64,000 nucleotides of DNA, taken from the NCBI GenBank assembly GCA_963704885.1, contig CAVPIB010000004.1, forward strand, positions 512,001 through 576,000, written 5' to 3'. Positions 50,922 through 60,194 of the stretch are shown here, one piece after another. Both the position numbers and the translations under genes were made by a program. How positions within the stretch are numbered: the stretch's first letter is position 1; the number at the start of each line of letters is the position of its first letter. Under the pieces are notes generated by a model, which worked only from the letters and a program-made list of their open reading frames with translations, ran no database searches and was not told the DNA's origin. Source of the DNA: an uncultured Actinomycetes bacterium. GTDB taxonomy: Bacteria; Actinomycetota; UBA4738; HRBIN12.

Positions 50922-52187
50922 TCAGCTCAGACCCGGTGGCGCCGCGGGCTGTGCCGTCAGCTCCACCGTCGCGTCAAGAGCCCGCCGGTCGATAGGCGTC
51001 CCCTCGTCGACCTCCCGATCCCGACCTAGCCGCGCGAGCGGGAGCAAGATCAGCGCGGCGCCTAACGCCGCCGCGCCGCCGATCCGGTAGACGGCCTGCG
51101 GGCCAACGGCCCGCAGCACCGGCGCCGCCAGGATGTACGCGATCGCGAGCCCGAACGAAAGGACCGCTTCGAACGCGGCGACCGTCCGGCTCCGGATCGC
51201 GTCCGGAGTCCGGCGCTGCATGATGCCGTTCTCGGCCACGATCGTAAGCCCGTCGCTCACCCCCATCGCGAACAAGGACAACAGCACCAGCCCAAACATC
51301 GGGAGGAACCCGACGCCGAACGCCGCCAATGCGATCCCTCCCGCGCCGGCTACCATCCAGACCGGCTCGGTCCGCCCCGTCATCCAGCGACCGCCGAGCG
51401 AGCCCAGGACGGATCCCGTTCCCCAGCATGCGATCAGCAGCCCGAAGCCGAACGCGCCGGCACCGAAATGATCTGCCAGGGCCGCATCCGCGACCATCCC
51501 CATCCCCATCCCGATCACGAACACGAGCCAAGCCACGGACATGCGCAGCAAGACCCGATCGGTCACCAAGAACCGTAGGCCGGCCGAGATCCCGCGATGC
51601 TCTTCGGTCGCGTGTGAGGTCGCTTCCTTGAATCGCCCTCTGATCGTGAGGGTAAGCAGGAGCGATACGACGAAGGTCGCTGCGTTCAACGCGAACACGG
51701 CCGAGGCGCCGACGGTACCCACCAGCAAGCCACCGATCACCGGACCGATCGCGATGCCGGCGTGGACACCCGTGGTAACCAGGCTGTTCGCCCAGGACAC
51801 GTCTTCCTCCCGTTCCACGAGCGCCGGGATCGCGGCGCGCGATGATGAGAAGAAGGGCTGCTCGGCCATCGCCGATCCGAACGCGAGCGCGATCAGCCAG
51901 ATGGGCTCGCTCGCGAACGCCATCGCTGCGAACACCACGGCGGCGGCGGCCTCCGACCAGATCATGACCTTCCGGCGGTCGAACCGGTCGCCGAGCGCTC
52001 CCGCGAACGGTCCAAGGATACCGGCCACGCCGAACGTCATCAGAAGCGAAAGGGCCTGCATCTTCGGCGAATGTGTTTCCTGCCAGATCGTGAAGTTCAG
52101 CGCGGTATAGGCCGCTGCCCCTCCCGTGACCGAGATGAGGCGGCCGAAGGCCAGTCTGCGGACGTTGGACCTTGGCGAGCGTTCCAT
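50922..52187 (-). CDS. MFS transporter (DHA3/Mef-like efflux type)
   Basis: GALGDRFDRRKVMI, AAIPALV, GPVIGG, QRRTPDAIRSR. Confidence 0.9.
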   Translation of the reverse strand: MERSPRSNVRRLAFGRLISVTGGAAAYTALNFTIWQETHSPKMQALSLLMTFGVAGILGPFAGALGDRFDRRKVMIWSEAAAAVVFAAMAFASEPIWLIALAFGSAMAEQPFFSSSRAAIPALVEREEDVSWANSLVTTGVHAGIAIGPVIGGLLVGTVGASAVFALNAATFVVSLLLTLTIRGRFKEATSHATEEHRGISAGLRFLVTDRVLLRMSVAWLVFVIGMGMGMVADAALADHFGAGAFGFGLLIACWGTGSVLGSLGGRWMTGRTEPVWMVAGAGGIALAAFGVGFLPMFGLVLLSLFAMGVSDGLTIVAENGIMQRRTPDAIRSRTVAAFEAVLSFGLAIAYILAAPVLRAVGPQAVYRIGGAAALGAALILLPLARLGRDREVDEGTPIDRRALDATVELTAQPAAPPGLS

Positions 52188-52190
52188 GGA

Positions 52191-52298
52191 GCGACTCCTG
52201 TGGTTCGAGGGTGGGCGAGACTCGACGACCTACCGGGCACGTGACGCGGGGGTGCGCGTCAGACCGTGCCGGCGTTCGGGGTCTTCGAGTGGAGTCGC
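52191..52298 (-). promoter_or_regulatory. Nested-hairpin 5' leader sequestering the MFS Shine-Dalgarno (putative attenuator)
   Basis: Nested pairings GCGACTCC/GGAGTCGC, ACTCGAAGACC/GGTCGTCGAGT, GGCACG/CGTGCC, TGACGCG/CGCGTCA. Confidence 0.7.
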
Positions 52299-52303
52299 CT
52301 CAT
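52259..52303 (-). CDS. Putative 14-aa leader peptide MRRLHSKTPNAGTV
   Basis: ATG 9 nt after extended -10 TGCTAGACT; ORF spans the 5' arm of the hairpin. Confidence 0.55.
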   Translation of the reverse strand: MRRLHSKTPNAGTV

Positions 52304-52359
52304 AACCCGGCGAGTCTAGCATGATATCTCGACGTCGAACGATATCCGACGGTGAGATC

Positions 52360-53943
52360 TCAGGCAGGGAGCGTGATCGCGCGAAGGCGGCTGGCGCCTA
52401 TCTCCTCCGCCACATGCGTGAGCACGTGGGGGGGGACGGGCGCATCGACCGTGAGGCACATTAGTGCCGCGCCCCCTTCGCTCTGGCGCCCCACCTCCAT
52501 GGTGGCGATGTTCACCCCGTGCTCGCCGAGTATGGTCCCGACCTTGCCGATGACCCCGGGGCGATCGCTGTAGGTGAAGAAGATCATGTGCTCGGCGGGC
52601 GCCATCTCCACGTCGAAGTCATACACGTGCATCACGCGCTCGGCGTTGCGCTTGCCCACCAGCGAGCCGCCTACACTCACAGGACCGTCGTCGGTGTCGG
52701 CGCGCAAGGAGATGAGGCTCACGTAGTCCTCCGACATCGTGGAGCGCATCTCACTGACGGTGATACCGCGCTCGCGCGCGAGCGTCGGAGCGTTCACGAA
52801 CGAAACCGGCTCGTGGACGACCTTGCCCAGGACGCCTTTCAAGATGGCTAGCGTCAGAACGCGCGTGTCCGCCTCGGCGATACGCCCCAGGTAGGAGCAG
52901 GCGATCGAGCGCACGCCGCCCTCAGCCAAACCCGCCAGCAGCGCCCCCAAGCGCTCCGCTAGCGGAACGAACGGTCGGACGATCTCGGAGACGTCCGCCC
53001 CGGCTGAGACGTTCACGGCGTAAGGGACGAACTCTCCGCGCAGCGCCAGACGGACCATCTCCGCCACGGTCGCACCCGCCTTGTCCTGTGCCTCGCGCGT
53101 GGAGGCGCCCAGGTGGGGCGTCACCACGACACCCCCCAACCTGAACAAGGGACTGTCGATGGTTGGCTCGGTGGTGAACACGTCCAGGGCCGCGCCGCCT
53201 ATGTGCCCACCTTCAAGCGCCTTCGCGAGCGCCTCCTCGTCCACGATCCCGCCGCGAGCGGTGTTCACCAGGCGAGCGCCCGGCTTCATCAGCGAGAGCT
53301 CGTGGGCACCGATGAGCAGCTCGGTCTCCGCCGTGCGAGGCAGGTGAACCGTGACGAAGTCGGCCTGGACCAGGAGTGCCTCGAGCGTGGGCATAACGTC
53401 GACGCCCATCTCCTTGGCGCGATCTGCGGAGACGTACGGGTCGTAGGCGATCACCCGCATGCCGAACGCGGCCGCGCGATGCGAGACTAGCGCTCCCACG
53501 CGCCCGAGGCCGATGATCCCGAGGGTCTTGCCGGCCAACTCCACACCCTCCCACTCCTCGCGCTCCCACCGTCCCGCCTTCAGCGCTTCGTCCGCCTGAG
53601 GGATGTTCCTCGCCTGGGCGAGCAACAACGCAACAGTGTGCTCGGCCGCGGAGATCACGTTGGACTGCGGCGCGTTGACCACCATCACGCCTCGGCGCGT
53701 CGCGGCCTCGACGTCGACGTTGTCCAGCCCGATGCCCGCTCGCGCGACCACCCGCAGGTGCTCAGCAGCCGCCAACACGTCGGCAGAAACACGGGTTCGG
53801 GAGCGGACGATCAGCGCTTCGTACGGGCCGATCTCGGCCACCAGGTCGCCCGTGGCGAGCTCAGGACGCACGTCCACCTGGAAGTCACGACGCAGTAGCT
53901 CCAGGCCCTGCTCCGAGAGCTTCTCGGTAACGAGGACCCGCAC
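52360..53943 (-). CDS. serA: D-3-phosphoglycerate dehydrogenase (with ASB + ACT domains)
   Basis: RAGIGLDNVD, SAAEHT, GLGRVG, NTARGG, TPHLGAST, DRPGVIG. Confidence 0.97.
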   Translation of the reverse strand: MRVLVTEKLSEQGLELLRRDFQVDVRPELATGDLVAEIGPYEALIVRSRTRVSADVLAAAEHLRVVARAGIGLDNVDVEAATRRGVMVVNAPQSNVISAAEHTVALLLAQARNIPQADEALKAGRWEREEWEGVELAGKTLGIIGLGRVGALVSHRAAAFGMRVIAYDPYVSADRAKEMGVDVMPTLEALLVQADFVTVHLPRTAETELLIGAHELSLMKPGARLVNTARGGIVDEEALAKALEGGHIGGAALDVFTTEPTIDSPLFRLGGVVVTPHLGASTREAQDKAGATVAEMVRLALRGEFVPYAVNVSAGADVSEIVRPFVPLAERLGALLAGLAEGGVRSIACSYLGRIAEADTRVLTLAILKGVLGKVVHEPVSFVNAPTLARERGITVSEMRSTMSEDYVSLISLRADTDDGPVSVGGSLVGKRNAERVMHVYDFDVEMAPAEHMIFFTYSDRPGVIGKVGTILGEHGVNIATMEVGRQSEGGAALMCLTVDAPVPPHVLTHVAEEIGASRLRAITLPA

Positions 53944-53948
53944 GCCCG

Positions 53949-55106
53949 CTAGCCCTCCGCCTCCGCGAACGCTCCCTCGGCGGCAGCCACGGCCGCGCCG
54001 CGCTTCACGGGGTAGCCCAACCGTTCGAGCGTCATCTCCAGGGCCGCGAGCCCCCGCAGGATGTCCAGCTCGCTGAAGTAGCCGAAATGCCCGATCCGGA
54101 ATACCTTGCCCTTCAGCGGGCCTTGACCGGGCGCGAGCACCACGCCGAAGTCCGAGCGGATCCGGGCCGCGATCGTATCGGCGTCCAGGCCCTCTGGAGC
54201 GCGGATCGCCGTGACCGTCCAGTTGTTCTCGAGCCCCTCACCGAACAGGTCGAGTCCGAGTGCCTGAGCGCCCTCTTTCACGGCTCGCGACAGCATCGCG
54301 TGGCGCACCAGGGCTGCGTCGATCCCGTCCTGGAAGTAGAGCCGGAGTGCCGCCTGAAGGCCCTGCATCACGCTGATCGCAGGGGTCCACGGGTTCTCGG
54401 GATCCGGGAGCGAGGCGTACTGCTTGTAGATCGACCAGTCGAAGTAGAACCGGGGGTTCGTGGCGGTCTCCCGCGCGGCCCACGCGCGCTCGCTCAACGC
54501 GACGAAGGCGATCCCGGGCGACGCCGACAGCGCCTTCTGCGACCCACCGACGGCCACGTCCACGCCCCACTCATCGAACGCGAACGGTACTGCGCCGAGT
54601 GACGACACCACGTCGGCGACCACCAAGGCGCCGGCCTCCACGGCGACGCGGGAGAGCTCCTGGATCGGCTGTATGACGCCGGTGGACGTCTCGCTCTGCG
54701 TCAGAAGGACGGCCTTCACCGGGTGTTCGGCCAGCGCTTCCGCCACTTCGCCAGGCCGGATCCTCGTTCCCCACTCGTACTCGATCGTTCGGACCGTGAG
54801 GCCGTAGGCCTCGGCAAGGCGCTTCCACCGGTCGGCGAAGAACCCAGCGAGCGGGACGAACACTTCGTCGCCGGGCGAGAAGCAGTTCTGGATGGCGGAT
54901 TCGAGCCCTCCCGTGCCGCTCGAGGTCATGATGAGCACATCTGCGGTCGAGGTCCGATACAGCTCCTTCAGGTGGTCGGTCACGTCGCGCATCAGGTTCC
55001 CGAACCCCGAACCCCGGTGATATACGAGCGGGCTCCCTTGCGCGAGGAGCACCTCCGGCGGGATGGGGGTGGGGCCGGGTGCCAAGATGATCTCGGGCCT
55101 GTCCAA
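53949..55106 (-). CDS. Class V aminotransferase (alanine-glyoxylate/serine-pyruvate type; probably supplies SerC function)
   Basis: PGPT, SGTGGLE, SETSTG, DVVSS, GSQKAL, FRIGHFG; directly upstream of serA. Confidence 0.9.
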   Translation of the reverse strand: MDRPEIILAPGPTPIPPEVLLAQGSPLVYHRGSGFGNLMRDVTDHLKELYRTSTADVLIMTSSGTGGLESAIQNCFSPGDEVFVPLAGFFADRWKRLAEAYGLTVRTIEYEWGTRIRPGEVAEALAEHPVKAVLLTQSETSTGVIQPIQELSRVAVEAGALVVADVVSSLGAVPFAFDEWGVDVAVGGSQKALSASPGIAFVALSERAWAARETATNPRFYFDWSIYKQYASLPDPENPWTPAISVMQGLQAALRLYFQDGIDAALVRHAMLSRAVKEGAQALGLDLFGEGLENNWTVTAIRAPEGLDADTIAARIRSDFGVVLAPGQGPLKGKVFRIGHFGYFSELDILRGLAALEMTLERLGYPVKRGAAVAAAEGAFAEAEG

Positions 55107-55322
55107 TGTTCACTCCTGGGTGATCGAGCGCCGATATCGCCGGCGCATGGGCTCGGGAAGCTCAGCCTAGCAGGCGACCTATGCGCAACTCGGCGGCCAC
55201 TCGCGCATGCGGACAGCAAGGTTCCGCAAGTGGTCCAGGCGCGCGCAGAAGCCGGGTCCGTATCATCGGGCGGGCCGTCGGGGGTGTGGTGAAGCCGGAC
55301 ACCGGGCGGCTCACCCACCATC

Positions 55323-58300
55323 ATGGCGACGCTCCGATTCCTGCTGAAGCGTTTCGCGGCCCAGCGGCTGCTGGGTCTGGCCGTGATAGTGACGCTCGCG
55401 TTCAGCGTCGGCGTCCTGGTGGCCGGCCCCATCTACGCCGACGCCGCCCGCGAGGCGATCTTCTCCTCTACCCTCCAGGGCGCCGCGGTCAGCACGGCGA
55501 ACGCCCGGTTCCAGGTCTACGGTGACGCCGACTTCGGCTGGGACTTGGCGGACGCCGCGATAGACACCCACCTCCAGTCCATCCCGGTGAGGACCCTGGT
55601 TCGCCAGGGCCTGGCCACCGTTCGCCTCGGAGGCGCCGACGGGCCGTCGGTGCCGTTGCTTTTCCGCGATGGCGCGGAGGACAACCTGACGTTCGAAGGC
55701 GACGCGCCCGGCCCGGGACAAGCGGCGATCGTCGCGAACAGCCCGGAGACGGCGGGGATCCGGATCGGAGACCAAGTGACGGTGCTCGGTCCCACCGGGA
55801 AGGAGCTCGAGCTCACGGTGAGCGGCACCTATTCGCTACCGGTCGCCGACGACCCGTTCTGGTTCGGATCACAGACCCCCTTTCCCCCGCCCGATTCGAG
55901 CCAGGCCAAGCCGATCATCGTGTCGCCCGCCTCGGGAGTGGCCGCCAGCCGTCAGCTCGGCCTGACGACCGAGTTCGTCTGGGACGCGTACCTGGCGCTC
56001 GACGGTGTGCCGTTCGTTGAGGCGCGAACCATCCCCGGCGATCTCAGGCGCGTCGCCGGCGAGCTCCAGGCCCAGCCTGGCATGCAGGGGATCCGGGTGG
56101 CATCCGGGCTCGACACGCTCTTCAACATCGTCCAGCAGCGCGTGGAGAACCTGAGGATCCCCATACTGCTGGTGGTCTTCCAGATAGGAGCGGTCACCCT
56201 CGCCGTGCTCGCCGGTGTCGGCGCCCTCACGCTCACGCGCCAGGCGTTCGAGCTATCGGTCCTTCACAGTCGCGGCTTCTCTCGTCGGACCCTGTTGCTC
56301 GGGCAGGGGGTCCAGGCGGTGTTCGCCGCCATCGTGGCGTATCCACTCGGGCTGGCCATCGGACTCGCTCTGGCAACTCTCGCCAGCCACTCGAACGGCC
56401 CGACGCTACCCGGCGTGCTGTTCCCGATCCACCTGAACGCGACGGCGGAGATCCTGGGGGCCGTCACGGCCGTGGTCGGCGCCACGATCCTGCTCCTGCT
56501 ATCCCTCCCCTACATCTCACGAACCGTTCTTCAGGAACGTCGGGCCGCGTCGCGCGAGGATCGCCCGCTCCTGTCTCGGGTGCCGGTCGAGCTGGTCATC
56601 CTGCCCGTCGGGCTGTTCGCGTTCGTCCAGCTACGGGGCGGAACCAAGCCCAAGCCCGGCTCCGGGGCGATCGAGCCGCTGGTCTTGTTGGCGCCAACGC
56701 TGTTGCTGTTCGCGGCGTCCTTCCTAGCTCTACGGCTACTCCTGTTCGCGTTCCGGCGTATGGACGGCCGGATCGGGCGAACCCGCCGGTTGCCGGTGTA
56801 CTTGGCGGGGCGGAAGCTGAGCCGCGCCCCGGGTGCGGGGTTCGCGGCCGCACTGCTCCTGCTCCTTTCTATGGGTCTGCTGGTCGTGTCGACCTCGTAC
56901 CGCGCGATCGTGCTCCGCAACCACCAGGACGCCGCGCACACCCTGGTGGGCGCCGACTGGAACGTGCAGGTGGCGCCGCCCGAGGACGTCCTGCGCGCCG
57001 TGGAGCAGATGCCAGCTGGCACCACACCGGTCATCAGGACGGAGCTCGACCTTCGTGAAGGTTCGTTCTCCCTACCGCCGACCGCGATCGCCATCGATCC
57101 CGCCACTTATGCCGAGGGCGGGTGGTGGCGAGACGACTTCTCTGAAACGCCGATCGAGGAGATCCTGGCGGACCTGCGAACGGCGCCGCTCGGGCTCGAC
57201 CTGGCACCGGGGGCGTCGACCCTCAACCTGTCGCTCGACGTGCCGCCGGCCGCGGCGGGGCTCGGCCTCTCCGCGACCGTCCTGGACGCCGACGGCGCCG
57301 CGCACACGGCTCCTCCCGTGACGATCGAGGCCGGCCCTGGGGCGTACGGCGTTCCGATGGCGCCGGGGACCAGGATCCTGTCCATCACCCTGCAGGCGGA
57401 GTCCTCGCTGGACCTCCCCTTCCGCTTCGCGATCGGTATCGACGGCGCGCAGATCGACGGGGTGCCGCTCGCCCTCGACGGTTGGGAACCGCTTACGTGG
57501 CGTGGCAGCACGGGAGAGCTGGAGCCGGATGGTAACGGCTACCGGTTCCGGATCCAGATCGGGGCCGGGAGGGTTGTGGCAGGCTTGGTTCCCCACCCGA
57601 CGGCCATGCCCGCGCTCCTGTCGGACTCGCTCGCCGCCTCGGTCAGCGAGGCCTTCACCGTGACCCTGGGTGGCCAGCAGATCGAGCTCCGGCAGGTCGC
57701 CACCGCCGTCCAGTTCCCGAGCGCCGTTCCCAACTCGCCGTTCCTGGTGGTGTCGGCACCAGGTCTCTTAGAACGCGAGCTCGCCGTGCCGGAACCCGGC
57801 CTCACGCTGAACGAGGCCTGGTCCACGGGTGATGCGAGTCCCTTGCCGGCCCTTAGGGCCGCCGGGTTCATCCCTGGCATCAACGTGCAACGCGCGGCGC
57901 AGATCGAGGCCGCGCTCGCGCAGCTTCCCCAGAGCCTGGCGGTCGGGATGAACTTCACCGCGGCGGCCGGTGGGATCGGCCTCGTGGTGATCGGAGTGGC
58001 GGCCAGCTTGTACTTCGCGCAGCGAAGACGCGACTACGAATTCGCCGCTCTCCGGGCGATGGGCGCCGAGCGAAGCCAGATCCGGCGCGCGCTGATCCTG
58101 GAACAGGGGGTCCTGTTGGGATTCGCCATCGTGGCGGGACTGGGGTTGGGGTACTTGATGCTCCGGTTGGTGATGCCGTACGTGGGCACCAGCCTAGGGG
58201 TCTCCTACCCCCCGCCCTTGCTGGTGATCGACTGGACGAGCCTGGGGATCGCCCTCGCGGCGATCGTCATCGCAACGGTCACGGGCCTGGGCCTCGCCAT

Positions 58301-58355
58301 CCGTACCCTCATGCGATCGTCCGTGACCGGCGTGCTGCGAGGTGAGGCCGAGTGA
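55323..58355 (+). CDS. Large FtsX/MacB-like ABC permease
   Basis: Two permease halves (ELSVLHSRG, EFAALRAMGA) with large extracytoplasmic domains. Confidence 0.88.
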   Translation: MATLRFLLKRFAAQRLLGLAVIVTLAFSVGVLVAGPIYADAAREAIFSSTLQGAAVSTANARFQVYGDADFGWDLADAAIDTHLQSIPVRTLVRQGLATVRLGGADGPSVPLLFRDGAEDNLTFEGDAPGPGQAAIVANSPETAGIRIGDQVTVLGPTGKELELTVSGTYSLPVADDPFWFGSQTPFPPPDSSQAKPIIVSPASGVAASRQLGLTTEFVWDAYLALDGVPFVEARTIPGDLRRVAGELQAQPGMQGIRVASGLDTLFNIVQQRVENLRIPILLVVFQIGAVTLAVLAGVGALTLTRQAFELSVLHSRGFSRRTLLLGQGVQAVFAAIVAYPLGLAIGLALATLASHSNGPTLPGVLFPIHLNATAEILGAVTAVVGATILLLLSLPYISRTVLQERRAASREDRPLLSRVPVELVILPVGLFAFVQLRGGTKPKPGSGAIEPLVLLAPTLLLFAASFLALRLLLFAFRRMDGRIGRTRRLPVYLAGRKLSRAPGAGFAAALLLLLSMGLLVVSTSYRAIVLRNHQDAAHTLVGADWNVQVAPPEDVLRAVEQMPAGTTPVIRTELDLREGSFSLPPTAIAIDPATYAEGGWWRDDFSETPIEEILADLRTAPLGLDLAPGASTLNLSLDVPPAAAGLGLSATVLDADGAAHTAPPVTIEAGPGAYGVPMAPGTRILSITLQAESSLDLPFRFAIGIDGAQIDGVPLALDGWEPLTWRGSTGELEPDGNGYRFRIQIGAGRVVAGLVPHPTAMPALLSDSLAASVSEAFTVTLGGQQIELRQVATAVQFPSAVPNSPFLVVSAPGLLERELAVPEPGLTLNEAWSTGDASPLPALRAAGFIPGINVQRAAQIEAALAQLPQSLAVGMNFTAAAGGIGLVVIGVAASLYFAQRRRDYEFAALRAMGAERSQIRRALILEQGVLLGFAIVAGLGLGYLMLRLVMPYVGTSLGVSYPPPLLVIDWTSLGIALAAIVIATVTGLGLAIRTLMRSSVTGVLRGEAE

Positions 58356-59218
58356 CGATGGTGAGTCCGGAGTTCTTCGCACCCGAGGGCCGCACCGCGC
58401 TCGTTCGTTTGCGCCATGTCTTCAAGGTGTACCGCGTGAAGGACACGGGAGTCGTGGCGCTCGGCGGGGTCGACCTGGACATCGCCCGCGGCGATTTCCT
58501 GGCCGTCATCGGCCCGAGCGGCGCAGGGAAGTCGACGATCCTCAACCTGGTCGGCGGGCTCGACCGCGCCTCGGCCGGCGCCGTCGAGGTCGAGGGTCAC
58601 GACCTGGGATTGCTGGACGACGACCAACTCACCAGCTACCGGAGCGAACGGATCGGGTTCGTTTGGCAGGGAACGGCCCGCAACCTGGTCCCCTACCTGT
58701 CGGTGCGCGATAACGTCAGGCTGCCCAGGGTGCTTCACCGCGGTTTGGCGGTGGAGCGCCGCCGGAACCCCGAGGAGCTCCTGAAGCTGGTTGGGATGGC
58801 GGAGCGAGCCGATCACCAGGTGGGCCAGCTCTCCGGCGGGGAACAGCAGCGAGCCGCGATCGCGGTGGCGCTTGCGAACACCCCCACGCTGCTCCTGGCC
58901 GACGAGCCGACGGCCGAGCTCGACTCGGTCTCCGCCGAACGGGTCCTGGATGCGTTCAGAGCGGTGAACCGCGAGTTCGGCGTCACGATCGTGATGGTGA
59001 CCCACGACCTGGTCGCCGCACGGCGAGCCACCTCACGCATCCGCGTGAGGGACGGACGGATACTGAAAGAGGGCATGGCCGTCACCGCGATCACAGACGA
59101 CGGGCGGATCCGGTTGCCGGATGAGGCCGTCGCCGCGCTCGGCGACGGCGAGCTGGAAGCTGAGATCACCCCCGACGAGGTGCGGCTGCGCCGGAAGAGC
59201 GAGACCGGCCATGCCTGA
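58352..59218 (+). CDS. ABC ATP-binding protein (LolD-like) with short C-terminal extension
   Basis: GPSGAGKS, LSGGEQQR, LLADEPT, VTHD. Confidence 0.93.
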   Translation: MTMVSPEFFAPEGRTALVRLRHVFKVYRVKDTGVVALGGVDLDIARGDFLAVIGPSGAGKSTILNLVGGLDRASAGAVEVEGHDLGLLDDDQLTSYRSERIGFVWQGTARNLVPYLSVRDNVRLPRVLHRGLAVERRRNPEELLKLVGMAERADHQVGQLSGGEQQRAAIAVALANTPTLLLADEPTAELDSVSAERVLDAFRAVNREFGVTIVMVTHDLVAARRATSRIRVRDGRILKEGMAVTAITDDGRIRLPDEAVAALGDGELEAEITPDEVRLRRKSETGHA

Positions 59219-59939
59219 GCCCACAACCCCGCTCGTGGCCGCAGACGACATCGTTCGGAGCTACGCGGGCGCCAACGGCGTGTTGGCCGTTCGCGGGGCG
59301 TCGCTCGCCCTCATGCCGAAGGACTTCGTCGCACTGATGGGTCCGTCTGGTTCGGGCAAGACCACGTTCATCGGCGTGCTCTCGGGGCTCGATCGTCCCG
59401 ACGAGGGCGAGGTGCGGTGGAAGGGGACGTTGATAGGCGCCATGACTCCCGAGGAGCGGCGCGCGCTTCGCCGAACCGGCATGGGTGTGGTCTTCCAGAG
59501 CTTCGGGCTCATACCCTCGCTCTCGGCCGTGGAGAACGTGGAGCTGCCGCTCAGGGTGGCCGGCGCACCGTTGGCCGAGGCGCGCGAGCGCGCCACGGGT
59601 TGGCTGGCACGCCTCGGTTTGGCAGACCGGATGGACAACCGAACATTCGAGCTTTCCGCCGGGCAGCAACAGCGGGTGGCGGTAGGGCGCGCCCTCATCG
59701 CCGAACCCGAGGTGGTCTTCGCTGACGAGCCCATCGCCGAGGTGGACACCGAGAACGCGGACCTGATCCTTGACGCGCTGTGGGACGTGATCCGAAGAGG
59801 CGGAGCGGTGCTCGCGGCGACACACAACCCGGAGGCGCTCCGATACGCCAGCCGCGTGGTGCTCTTCCACGACGGCCGCGTGGAGGCCGAGGGACGCCCC
59901 GGTGAGCTCGCTGGTCGGATCACGACCGACCGGTTCTAG
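59211..59939 (+). CDS. ABC ATP-binding protein (LolD-like)
   Basis: GPSGSGKT, LSAGQQQR, FADEP, ATHN. Confidence 0.92.
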   Translation: MPEPTTPLVAADDIVRSYAGANGVLAVRGASLALMPKDFVALMGPSGSGKTTFIGVLSGLDRPDEGEVRWKGTLIGAMTPEERRALRRTGMGVVFQSFGLIPSLSAVENVELPLRVAGAPLAEARERATGWLARLGLADRMDNRTFELSAGQQQRVAVGRALIAEPEVVFADEPIAEVDTENADLILDALWDVIRRGGAVLAATHNPEALRYASRVVLFHDGRVEAEGRPGELAGRITTDRF

Positions 59940-59942
59940 GGG

Positions 59943-60194
59943 CTAGAAACGCAGCGAGTGCCACACGTCCTCGCCGCGATCGCGGAGTGCGGTGGCATCC
60001 AGCTCGACGCTATCTTGGCCGGGGTGCCGCCCGAGCACCCGGTCCAGGAACGAGCGCTTCCCCGGAGGGAGCGATCGTCGACGGACCGCTCGCGCAACGG
60101 CGTCACGCCGGGACTCATGGATCCGGCGCTGCAGCTCCATGTCGCACGTTGGGTGCCCGATCACCACCTGGCTGGGATGCATCCTCCACATCAT
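59943..60194 (-). CDS. Small hypothetical protein coupled to the ferredoxin reductase
   Basis: ATGA overlap with the reductase stop; fills the gap; no family recognised. Confidence 0.5.
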   Translation of the reverse strand: MMWRMHPSQVVIGHPTCDMELQRRIHESRRDAVARAVRRRSLPPGKRSFLDRVLGRHPGQDSVELDATALRDRGEDVWHSLRF

